Notes under the pieces: model-generated
What the model was told of the DNA's origin: nothing
The model's input: only the letters and a program-made list of their open reading frames with translations
Databases searched by the model: none
Position numbers and translations under genes: made by a program
In this document: piece by piece, positions 1 to 11,159 of the stretch
How the letters are laid out: each line of letters starts with the position of its first letter
How positions within the stretch are numbered: position 1 is the first letter of the stretch
Assembly: GCF_001194135.2 (NCBI RefSeq)
Contig: NC_068984.1
Coordinates: forward strand, 6,074,057-6,135,627
DNA from: Octopus bimaculoides
Lineage: Eukaryota
DNA length: 61,571 nt
Direction of reading: 5' to 3'

Positions 1-54
<54 letters not shown>

Positions 55-244
55 TACATACATACTACATACATACATATCTATTTATATCTATATTTAT
101 ACACGCCAGCTCAATTTGATTCGTCCTCAGTCAAAAGACATCTGTTGTTATTTCTTGTTGTTTGTATTTGTAATTGTGTACCATGTTCTCTGATTTTTGT
201 CTTTGTTGTCATACATGTTCACTAACTTTCTTACAAAAGGTTCC

Positions 245-436
245 TGGGCAAGTGTCTTCTATAGCCTCGGGCTGACCAAAGCCTTGTGAATGGANNNNNN
301 NNNNNNNNNNNNNNNNNNNNNNNNNNNNNNNNNNNNNNNNNNNNNNNNNNNNNNNNNNNNNNNNNNNNNNNNNNNNNNNNNNNNNNNNNNNNNNNNNNNN
401 NNNNNNNNNNNNNNNNNNNNNNNNNNNNNNNCTGTC

Positions 437-480
<44 letters not shown>

Positions 481-690
481 ATGTTTGTGTCTGTGTTTGT
501 CCCCCACCATCGCTTGACAATCGATGTTGGTGTGTTTATGTTCCTGTAACTTAGCAGTTCAGCAAAAGAGACCAATAGAATAAGTACTAGGCTTACAAAG
601 AATAAGTCCTGGAGTCGATTCATTCGACTAAAGACAGTACTCCAGTATGGCCACAGTCAAATGACTGAAACCAGTAAAAGAATAAAAGAA
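245..690 (+). mobile_element. tRNA/CORE-type SINE family A (5'-truncated, spans an N-gap)
   Basis: TGGGCAAGTGTCTTCTATAGCCTCGGGCTGACCAAAGCCTTGTGA, then an internal (TA)/(TG) tract, then GTAACTTAGCAGTTCAGCAAAAGAGACC...CAAATGACTGAAAC and an (AGAATAAA) tail. Same body recurs at 14150, 15480, 31430, 55925. Confidence 0.85.
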
Positions 691-699
691 TCTATACAT

Positions 700-822
700 A
701 TGTTATTGGGAATTGTATAAAAAGATATTTTGTGTATTACAGAACTATGAGCAATAAATTTTAATAACAAAATTTTATATGGACCCCCATGGACTCTATG
801 GACTCTAGTTCGAAACCCCTAA
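700..822 (-). mobile_element. hAT-type MITE fragment
   Basis: Reverse complement aligns by eye to 50938-51060 (ATAAATTTTAA(T/C)AACAAAAT(T/C)TTATATGGA shared). The 50938 copy starts with a CAGTGGCTCTCAACC TIR. Confidence 0.55.
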
Positions 823-1583
823 TTTCTAAGGTATCAATATTCCAAAGACTATAAATGTCATTCTGTTTCTGTCTCAATAATTAGACTACCTGTATTTCAA
901 AGACTAAGTATGTCACATGGAGCCATCATGTTTCTGCCCAAGGATTACATTATGGGTACAAATGCCTGTGGAATACTCAGTTACATATATTATAATACAA
1001 TGGGTAGGGGTAGTTCTACAGACTGATCAACGGGAATAGACATGATCAAAAACTATGTGACACCCATTTTAGATAGATTCAGAATTGTATCTCCCCAAAA
1101 TACACACACATACACACACACAGAGAAAAATATGACTGTGTCTGGGTTTAAAATGGTTTGCTTATATCAAAGATTATTTTTATATTAATTATATTTCTAT
1201 ATTAGTGCTTTATGTTTAGTTTGGAACAATATGTTTACACCAATAAATACTTAGAAAGCAAAACCGTACTGGAACCAATAGCCATTGCACTCTGTGGAGT
1301 CTAATGTCTTATTGTCAATATCACATTGTCTCTCTCTTTGTCTTACATATATATATATATTTACATGCACACAGAGAGATAGACAGATAAACACACACAC
1401 AAACACACACACACACACATTCACATGAAAATCAATGAACACAAAAACAAGATAACACAGGAGGAACAAATTTGAGAATGTTTGTGTGTGTGTGTGTGTG
1501 TGTGTGTGCATGCATGCATCCTCACATGTTTGTATATCAGTGCATATGTATGTATTTCTCATTCAGTACCTATGAAATGTAAC

Positions 1584-1639
<56 letters not shown>

Positions 1640-2518
1640 AGAATATGAGGGCTGTTCAATTCATAGAATCACATTAAACTGATAACATCGCAATGAAACC
1701 AATCATACCACATGCACAAACACACACACACACATTTTTAATGCGTTTGTATTTGTGTTTCTAGGCTTTGGCTGTTCAAAGTGATTATTTTTATCATGCT
1801 TTATGTTGGATGATACTGGAAATAGAAATATTGCAAAAAGGTTTTCAGTATCAGGGAGAAAGTTCTTCCTAATGTATGTGATGCAACAGATGTGAAATCT
1901 GTATTTCATTTTCAACTATCTTTTTACACACACACACACACATAAACACACGTCATGCACTAACACGCATACATATATAGAAATAATGCTATTAATAATA
2001 AGCTTAATGTACACACATGCTATACAACAGAATAAACCTTATAGACTTTATGTAAATACTGAGTTTGTAGATTAATTCAATGCATTGAGCACTTGTATAT
2101 GACTGTAATTGTTTATATATATATATATATATATACCATCATCATCATCATCATTCTTTTAGTGTCCACTTAACCATGCTTGCATGGGTGTGCAGAGAAT
2201 TTGTCAAGGCAAATTTTCTATGGTCAGTTGCCCTTCTTGTCACTATATATATATATATATATATATANNNNNNNNNNNNNNNNNNNNNNNNNNNNNNNNN
2301 NNNNNNNNNNNNNNNNNNNNNNNNNNNNNNNNNNNNNNNNNNNNNNNNNNNNNNNNNNNNNNNNNNNNNNNNNNNNNNNNNNNNNNNNNNNNNNNNNNNN
2401 NNNNNNNNNNNNNNNNNNNNNNNNNNNNNNNNNNNNNNNNNNNNNNNNNNNNNNNNNNNNNNNNNNNNNNNNNNNNNNNNNNNNNNNNNNNNNNNNNNNN
2501 NNNNNNNNNNNNNNNNNN

Positions 2519-3739
2519 ATTAAAATAAACAAAGTTCTTTTTTAATCTAAAATATACTCTCTTTCATCTTCTACAATGTTCTTCCATCTATCTGGTCGAC
2601 TTGCAAGGCCCCCTTTTCAAAATTCACTTGTCTTTGATGAAAAATACTTCTCTTGTACTGTTCTGACCTCATCTACAGAATTCATATTTTCCTTCCAAAT
2701 GATTTTGAAGACAGCAGAATAAATGATAATCAGTTGGGGCAATGTCCGGTGAATAGTGTGGGTTGGGCATCGTTTCCCATTCAAACTGCTCCAGCCTTTG
2801 GAATGTCATCCTCGCTGTGTGTGGCCGAGCATTATCCTGATGGAAGAACGCCTTTTGTCTTGAAACCAAAGATGGTCGTTTTTCTTCTAGCGCTGACTTA
2901 AGCCACTCAATCTGCTTGCAGTAGATCTCTTTTGTTTTGGTTTGAGTTTAAAAGTTCAAAGTGGACTAAACCTTTCATATCTCACCAAACAGGTAATCAC
3001 ACCTTACGTGGGTGAAGACTTTCTTTAGCCTGGAGTGCTGGTGTTTCTCCTTTCCCAACCCACTGTCTTCAGCACTTGACAGTTTGATAGAGAACCCATT
3101 TCTCGTCACCAGTCACTATTCGGTCCAAAAAAAGGTTCATTCGTGAGACATGACAGCACACATTCATTTTCTGCATGCTATTAGACTTGGTAAGTGTGTG
3201 AGAAACCCATTGGCCCAATTTGCTGACTTTTCTGATGGCACACAAGTGTCAATGAATGATTAAATGACCAACTCCAAGCTTCTATCCTAATTCCTCAACA
3301 GTTATGATGGGATTTTGTTCCACCAGGGATTGCAGCATGTCCTTGTCAAGCTCTACAGGTCTTCCAGAACAAGATTCGTCTTCTCGGCTGTAGTTTCCAG
3401 CTCAGAATTTCTGGAACCAATGTTGACACTGGCTTATGCTTATTGTCTGATCCCCAAAGACTACTTTAATATTTTCTCGCACTTTTCATTGCATTGTTGC
3501 CTTTATTGAACTCATAAAGCAAAATATGCTGAATATGCTCTTTTGTCACTTCTGTTATAGCTTTGAAAAAATAACTGTTAATATCCAACTGCACTCTTCA
3601 AAACATGCACTAAGAATAAGTACAAGATAAAATTACTACCTGCTTTTATAGCAAGTTGACGTAGGAAGGTTATCTTGTCCCCCCACCCCCTGACAATAAT
3701 TCATGCAATTGAAAAAAACCATAGTATTTATGGGATGAC

Positions 3740-3745
<6 letters not shown>
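2519..3745 (-). mobile_element. mariner DNA transposon, near full length, transposase pseudogenised
   Basis: Minus-strand translation gives EVTKEHIQHILLYEFNKG, SGRPVELD, KLGQWVSHTL (WVPHEL-like), FHQDNARPHTA, YSPDIAPTDYHLF and DRWKNIVEDEREYILD*. TIR TATTGGGTCATCCCATAAATA ends at TA 3744-3745. The other TIR falls in the gap. Confidence 0.95.
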
Positions 3746-3780
<35 letters not shown>

Positions 3781-3782
<2 letters not shown>

Positions 3783-3901
3783 GAGTAAGCACACAAATGT
3801 GAAAGAAGGTGAGAAAAAAATAGTACTCGAATATTATTAAAGCTGCAGAAACATCACAAAAATCTGCTACTCAGAGTTTCATGTTCCTGTTCATTGGACA
3901 C
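3781..3901 (-). mobile_element. Putative Penelope-like element terminal repeat fragment
   Basis: Contains the hammerhead relic below and sits between (TA)n and (CA)n. The PLE assignment is inferred from the ribozyme architecture. Confidence 0.5.
3864..3901 (-). ncRNA. Degenerate type I minimal hammerhead ribozyme
   Basis: Minus strand reads TGT-CCAATGA-ACA GGAA CAT-GAAA-CTC T GAG-TA-GCA: stem I, decayed CUGANGA core, stem II, GAAA, palindromic stem III, GUA cleavage triplet. Confidence 0.55.
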
Positions 3902-4821
3902 TTGTGATCAACGCACACACACACACACACACACACACACTTCCGGTATCCCTTTGTAGCTGTAGTTATTACAAGGGTGATAATTTCTTTGTAATATTTG
4001 ACTGAATTCAAAATTTGAAAGTGAAATTAAGAAATTATGAAGAAAAAGAATCACAGAATTCACGTATTTAGCTTTTTTATTTTTTGTTTACACCATATGA
4101 AGTACTTAAACTTTCTAGTTGTTTGCAATCATATCTAGTACTATTTCATTCTTTTTAGAAATTGCCAGCTTGATATAACCTGTGACATATTAATTAAACA
4201 TTTTATGAAATGAGACATTTCATTAGAGATGAAACTAGTTACTGCCTGAAAAAAAATTCATGAAATGTATGTGTGTGCTTTTTTTTTCTCTCTTTTTCTT
4301 CATAGAACGTGAGCAGTTTAACAAATGTAGCTAATAGTTTCAGCTTTAAGTATGAAAAAATTTGCATGCTGCTTTCTGATACATTCTTCAAGGTATAGAC
4401 ATTCATTTCAAGCTGTTGTTTCATAGCAGAAACTTTTCATTATGTAGTATAACAGACATTCCTTCATCATAAACAATGCCTTGACATCATCAACAGGTCT
4501 ATAGACTTGCATGAAATCACAGCTAATTTGTCAAACCTGTGTGGACCTCCTAGTGGTTGCAGGTGTTACAAGGGAGATAATCATTTCTTTACGATATTTG
4601 GTGGGATTAGAAATTAGAATTTGAAATTATAAAAGAAAAAGTTGCATAAAATTCACATATTCAGTGTTTTTTTTTTCTTTACTCCATTTTTGTTTATTAA
4701 TGAAGTTCTCAAAATTCTAAGCCAGTGGTAAACATGCACAATCCTGTGTGTTTGTACACACACTGGGATAACACACATATATACACACTGGGATCACACA
4801 CACACACACACACACACACAC

Positions 4822-4985
4822 TCTATAGCAAGCATTCAGGTCATGTTTCCAGTTGAGGAGGCCTTCTCCCTTCCTACCATCAGTCTTAGGGATGCTGTTA
4901 AGGGTTAAGAGCACTGCCTTCTCCCCAGACAAAGAAATTTTTAAAATGTGTCTCAGATATGAGCGCCATATACTACAAACACATA
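4822..4985. repeat. ~165-bp direct repeat, copy 1 (copy 2 at 6289-6450)
   Basis: CTCTATAGCAAGCATTCAGGTCATGTTTCCAGTTGAGG...CATATACTACAAAC occurs twice, roughly 85-90% identical by eye. Confidence 0.9.
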
Positions 4986-4990
4986 TCTGC

Positions 4991-5345
4991 CATCTTCATC
5001 ATCGTTGTTTAATGTCTGCTTTCCATGCAGGCATGGGTTGGATGGTTTGACTGAGGACTGGCGAGCCAGAAGGCTGCACCAGGCTCCAATCTGATCTGGC
5101 ATAGTTTCTACAGCTGGATGCCCTTCCTAATGCCAACCACTCCAAGAGTGTTGTGGGTGCTTCTTACGTGCTACTAGTACGAGGATCAGTCAGGCAGTTC
5201 TGGCATCAACCACGCTCAAATGGAGCTTTTTTTATGTGCTACCTGCATGGGAGCCAGTCTGGCGGCACTGGCAACGACCACACTCGAATGTTGTTTTTCA
5301 CATGCCACCGGCACATGTGCTGGTAAGGTAATGCTGGCAACAATC
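4991..5345 (-). mobile_element. RTE LINE 3' UTR fragment
   Basis: (CAT)n + TTTAATGTCTGCTTTCCATGC...CTACAGCTGGATGCCCTTCCTAA body. The same body is joined to an RTE ORF2 end at 19942-20280, 35020-35715 and 57500-57715. Confidence 0.85.
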
Positions 5346-5371
5346 AGTATGTATGTATATACATACATATA

Positions 5372-5529
5372 TATCATCATCATCATCATCATCATCATCA
5401 TCGTTTAACGTCCGCTTTCCATGCTAGCATGGGTTGGACGATTTGACTGAGGACTGGTGAAACCGGATGGCAACACCAGGCTCCAATCTAATTTGGCAGA
5501 GTTTCTACAGCTGGATGCCCTTCCTAACG

Positions 5530-5532
<3 letters not shown>
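5372..5532 (-). mobile_element. RTE LINE 3' end, young copy, 5'-truncated
   Basis: One mismatch over ~130 bp versus 35044-35178, CpGs retained, (GAT)n tail. Confidence 0.9.
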
Positions 5533-5596
<64 letters not shown>

Positions 5597-5930
5597 ATGT
5601 ATACACACACACACATATACTCATCCAAATATATATGCATACACATATGTATACATACACACAATCCTATAGGCAGCAGAAAAAAAGGGATCAGCTGAAC
5701 TAATTTCAACCTTTGTTGTGATCTTTTCAGGCTGTGACTTCCCTTTTCTTACTGTCTATAATAACATTGTATTTATAGCCATTATTTATTTGAGTCTATA
5801 TTAAATTCAGTACATCACTTGCATACATGACAGATTCTTGGCAGTTTGATTTTATATATTATTAATGTATTAGCAATATTTATTTTTATGCTACTTATAT
5901 TTACACACAGACACAGACACAGACACACAT

Positions 5931-5987
<57 letters not shown>

Positions 5988-6288
5988 TTGAGTTTGTGTG
6001 TGTGTTTTAGAAAAGAAGAGATGGAAAGTGGGAGTGCAACCAGTTTACAATAAATACATTATGAATGACTGACTGACATTGTAACCCATTGAATCATACA
6101 AACAGCAGTGCAAGCTCGTGAAACACTTGTTGATTATTCAGTGTTACCACTGCCTACATTGTAAGGTGTTTACCAGCATCTAGGCAGTTTGTTGAGAGTG
6201 GTACACTTTATTTGTTGAGTGGTACACTTTATTAGTTGCCCAGTTTAATATTACCACCAGGTACCTTGGGTGCATTTAGCAGAATGTA

Positions 6289-6450
6289 CTCTATAGCAAG
6301 CATTCAGGTCATGTTTCCAGTTGAGGGGGCTTTCTCCCTTCCTATCATCAGTCTTAGGGACTCTGTTAAGGGTCAAAGGCACTGCCTTCTCTCCAGACAA
6401 AGAAAGTTTTAAAATGTTTCTCAGATATGAGCACCATATACTACAAACTC
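6289..6450. repeat. ~165-bp direct repeat, copy 2
   Basis: Matches 4822-4985. Confidence 0.9.
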
Positions 6451-7389
6451 ATAATTTGACAAAACAAGAATAGGGTGGGGGGCATCCTTGCATCACCTGA
6501 ATATTAGAGATAGCAATCAAATCATCCTCAAATATTCCTCTACTGTGTTAGGAAACTATACATCTTTCAAGACATCTAAGTACCAATATAAATTTTCAAG
6601 AACTTTAAACTATACTTTTAAAATCTGTGATGCACTTAGGTACTCCTTCTGGTCTATCATTCAAGGGTTACTAATCTTGTCTGTGTGGTGCATCAACCTT
6701 CACCGTTTCGTTCCATTGACTTCCTTGATCTGCTGTGATCACAAACATCTTCTCCTGTTAATCATTGGCATGTTTCCACTCCGCACACATCAAGTCCAAA
6801 TTATAAAATGATTGATACCTGCTTGTAATTTAATTACGTACTGTAGTCTAAAATGTTTGTGCATGCATGTATGTATGTGTGAACTAAGATATACATGTAC
6901 CATCTGTTTCACACAGTGGCATGGTGATCAAAGACCTGTAAGAAATCGGTAATGGGATTTTAACTGCTATATTTAACACATTTATAATTACTTCAACCCA
7001 AAAATACATTCCCCAACAATTTCCTTTATTGACTGTAATACTATACTAATCTTCAACTGGTTGTATTAACTGTTTTATTTTTTGGCAGACATGATAATTG
7101 TGAGTAAAATACTGGGTAGTATTTAATAGCATTCCTTTGCATTCTTACAAAAGTTGACTCTGCTTTTCATCATTCCAAGTTCAATAAAATAAATACCAAT
7201 TAAGGTGTTAGCATCAGTATAATTAAGGTAGTGGTAGAGTAATATAATCAAGGTAACAGGCTCAAAATAATTAAAGTACTGGAGTCAATATAATTAATGT
7301 AGTGGGATCGATATATTTGACTGTTCCCTCATCACAAATTTCTGGCCTTGTGTTTATGTAGGACAAAGACATCATTATTATAGTTATTG

Positions 7390-7735
7390 ATTCTGTGCTG
7401 GTGTCACATCTGTGTTGGTGCTGCATTGTGCTGGCACCACATCTGTGCTGTCACCACATCTGTGCTGGTACCACATTGGTGCTAATGTCATGTAAAAAGC
7501 ACTTGTGCTGGTGTCACGTAAATAGCTTCCATGCTGGCACCACACACAAAGCACCCAGTAAGCTCTATAAAGTTATTGGTGTGAAGAAGGCCATCCAGCC
7601 ACAGAAATCATGCCAAAACAGACAAATGGAGCCTATTGCAGTTCTATGACTTACCAACTCATCAAACAACCCAATCCATGTCAGGCATGAAAAATGGATG
7701 TTAAATGATGATGATGATGATGATGATGATGATGT
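7390..7735 (+). mobile_element. RTE LINE 3' UTR with tandem TGCTGGTGCCACAT units
   Basis: Degenerate ~15-nt units, then GTGTCACGTAAA, GAAGGCCATCCAGC, CAACCCAATCCATG and GTTAAATGATGATGATG tail. Confidence 0.75.
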
Positions 7736-8244
7736 TTAATGTCATTCAGACCTGTTTGAGCAGACCTCACTTCATTGAAACAGTGTTGTATGATAGAGGG
7801 AGAAGCACATGTTTCTTGTTATAAAGAAGATCCATGGTTACCCCAAGATGGGTGAGAGTAGCTGGGAAGCAGATAAAGATGGTGGTGATAAGGTGCCAAA
7901 GGGAACACTTAAGATAAAAGAGGGTGAATGTGAGAATATGTGCAGTGGATTGTGGGAGAAGGAGAGAGTGAGAAATTTCATTAGAGCATGAGAGGAGAGT
8001 GAGAGGAGATGGGGAGTAGAGGTGAATGTAGAGAGTGAAAGTAGAGGTGTGGTTGAGGGTAGAGATCAGTAAAGAGGGAGTGGAAGGTGAGAGAGATAGA
8101 AGTGAATCAGGAAGGAGGAGGTGACAAGGAAGAAAGGAAAACAGTGTACCCATTAATTATTTGCTGTGCGTGTGTGGGCAGAAAGTTGCAATGGGTGCAA
8201 ATTTTAGCCTAGGGCTACATAAAGTACTTATCTTATTTAGTAGA

Positions 8245-8388
8245 TCATCATCATTATCATCATTGTCGTTGTCATTGTCATTTAATGTCTGCTTTCCATG
8301 CTGGCATGGGTTGGACAGTTTGACTGAAGACTGGTAAGCAGGGAAGCTGCACCAGGCACCAATCTGATCTGGCAAGGTCTCTACAGAT
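8245..8388 (-). mobile_element. RTE LINE 3' end fragment
   Basis: (CAT)n tail and family body, ending at CTACAG just before the Tc1 TIR. Confidence 0.8.
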
Positions 8389-8394
8389 TTCAAG

Positions 8395-9424
8395 TACAGA
8401 GTGTTTGGGTTAAATTTGACAGTTTTCATATAAGAAAAAGAAAACACAATATTTTATTGTGTCTGAGGAGAGTCATTCTGTTTTAATGCCTTATTAATTA
8501 ACACACTCACTGGTTCAATTTCCACTCATTTACTTATCTGGGGTTTTTTTTTGCCTTCTAAAAACTCAATATCTTATCCAAAAATATAAGTATTTTAAAG
8601 AATAAAAGAGATCAACTAGTGCATGGCTAGGAGATAACTTTACTCAAAATAGCTGCCCTCAACTTCCATCATGGCCTCAAGACGCCTCCAGAACCTGGCA
8701 TGTGTTCTTCAGTATCCCTGGTAAGACATTTGAACTCCTACCTGATCTTGGTCACCAGTTCAATCTTGTTGTTGCAGGTAAAGTGAGTGGAATCTTTCTC
8801 AACTGCATTCCACAAATAGTAAGTATTCCATGAAATTACTATCAGGGAAAATAAGGAAACCTGAAGTTGGGGCTGGTGAAGTAGGAATTTTCCCACAAAC
8901 ACTTCTGACTCGTTCCAGGAGTATGGCAGGGAACTGAATCCTGTAGCCACACATATGACCTTCCAATAGCAACTCTCTCCAGCTATGGATTGACTTCAGA
9001 CTCTGGCAGCTTCATATAATGATCTGAATTGAGACTAAGGCCTTGTTCAAAGATGTGTGGATGAATTCCAGCTTGTGGATGCAATCAGAACATTTTTTCT
9101 CTTCTTTCCCACTGGCCATGGCTTTATAGTCTCTGTTGCAGCTGTCCATGCAACATCTCACAGCATTTTCAGCATTCACAGAGCACTGACCAGCAGTCAC
9201 GAGGCTGGTATTTTGTTCCCCAGCACAAATCATCAGGATACAGATGAGTCTTTTCCAATATTTAGATAGCTTCCAGTCCTCCATGTCAGCTAACTATTTC
9301 TCAACTAAAACTTTAATCTTTATGCTCTCCAATGCTGTTGACTGTTCACCAATATATCAAACTGTTCCTGAAAAAAAAAAGAGACACAAAAAACCCAATC
9401 AAATTTAGCCTGAACACCCTGTAT
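8395..9424 (-). mobile_element. Tc1/mariner-superfamily transposon (maT/DD37D-like), internally deleted, both TIRs present
   Basis: TIRs TACAGAGTGTTTGGGTTAAATTTGA (8395) and rc TACAGGGTGTTCAGGCTAAATTTGA (9424). Minus translation: SKYWKRLICIL (N-term), VAIGRSYVWLQDSVPCHT, YYLWNAVEKD, FWRRLEAMMEVEGSYFE*. Confidence 0.88.
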
Positions 9425-9759
9425 ATAGCCAATTGTATTCAGTACTGTCCTGTCTTTTGTCTTTCTTTTTTTTTTAATTCTTGAAGGGGTCCATGATCTC
9501 CATACTTATTGATATTAGGGTCAGTTAATATCCAAACCCTAAAACTTCATCCATATACATCTGTAAATTCAACCTTTTTCCACCACTTCTACTATATACC
9601 CTGCTTCTCTTCAATTAGCCGACTGTATACTTTCTCTTGACAGGCACTACATGTCACTTCTCTTTCTCTTGTCACGACGACTGCATTTACCTCTCTGAAT
9701 GCGGTTCTAAATCTTTTTACTAATCATTCTTCCCCAGAAAAGTCTTTCCTTTTTTTTTT

Positions 9760-10320
9760 TTTTAGGCATCATGTCCATAATGTAGGACATAGGTGATCCC
9801 ATACTGTCACAATTCTTCGTTTCCTGTAACAGTTCCACTTCCTTATGTTTAATGCTTCTTTCTTCCAACCAATTCATCAAAGCTTCACATTCATATAATT
9901 CTCCTCCTTTCTTTGCTTCTTTTCCCTTCAATCTTTCCAGTCATCTCTAAATTCTCAAGACCCTCTTTTGCTCATCACATGACCAGTTGTTTGGCCCTTA
10001 TCTCACAAAGCAGTTTCCTATTCACCACAGCCCAGGTCATCACTTCATCATTAGATACTTTGTCTGTCCATGCTATCCCCAATATTCTCCTTAAGAACCA
10101 CATGTCACATCTCTTCAAGCACCTTCTCATCCCTGATGTTATAGACCATGCCTCACTTCCATACATTAACACATGATAGACAGAGCAGTTCAACACCACA
10201 GGTCTTAGTCTTGATGCCCAGAGCATGGTTTCTCAAGATGTTATACAATTCTGAGAATGTAGACTTTTGCCAGCCCCAGAACAGTAACTCTTGAAAATTC
10301 TTTCTTCCTGTTCATATTTA
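9760..10320 (-). mobile_element. RTE-clade LINE ORF2 C-terminal relic
   Basis: VLNCSVYHVLMYGSEAWSITSGMRRCLKRCDMWFLRRILGIAWTDKVSNDEV...LLCEIRAKQL, followed by GHMM, MTGKIEGKRSKG. Confidence 0.9.
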
Positions 10321-10599
10321 CCTGGCATTTTTTTACTGACCAATAGAAGTGCCAGTTAGACATTAGCTTCATGATGTCACTGGACTTGGATGGTGAGCAA
10401 AGATCAACAGATACTACCCCTTCTCATCTAAATACCTTGTTTATAAACCAAATGTGGCAAATAATTATGATAGAGGGTCATGTTTAGAAGTTGGCAAAAT
10501 TAAGCTGATGCTTCGTTGGTGGTTGGGGTGCCACATTGAAGAAATGAAATCCCACCAAAACCAATACTGGTATATCAGCATGGGCCAGTAAGAGATAAA

Positions 10600-10870
10600 C
10601 ATAGCCTGCTAGAAATAGCAGTCAAATTTCTCTTATATCACACTTTGCTGTCTTAAAAGCAGAAGACATCACAGTGGATAACATAGTCATGGATAATCAC
10701 AGCTGGAAAACTTATGAACATAGGTCTGCTAGAAATGGCAGCTAAATTTCCTTCAGATCATACCTTACTGACTTAAAAACTGAACTACAACACATTGGAT
10801 AATGAAGTATTGGATTGTCATAACTGGGAGACTTATGATCATAGATTTGCTACAAATAGCAGCCAAACAG
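10600..10870 (+). repeat. 2.3 tandem ~120-bp units of an unclassified interspersed family
   Basis: CTGCTAGAAATAGCAG(T/C)CAAA core at ~10606, ~10725, ~10845. Dispersed copies near 14580, 22885, 31810, 37965, 50875, 59835. Confidence 0.75.
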
Positions 10871-11159
10871 GCAATCAACAACATCAGTATGATTATATAA
10901 TGAATAGTTCATTCATTTAACTGTCATCTCTTTTCCTCAAAAATAACAAGAATTGTGATGAAAGAAACTCGTTATTACAATATTTAATTAAACAATTTGA
11001 AGTGAATCACAGATATATTGTTAATGTCCTTGGAAAATGTATGAAGGTCACAACCTCTCATATACTACGATTCTGAATCTCGGTGTTGTTTATTGTCATG
11101 GTGGATCAGATATATTTTGCCACAGTGTGTGTGTGTGTGTGCGTGTGTGTGTGTATGCA

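Noticed and set aside
1640-1665. ATGAGGGCTGTTCAAT as a mariner TIR start
   Set aside because: No partner TIR or transposase nearby.
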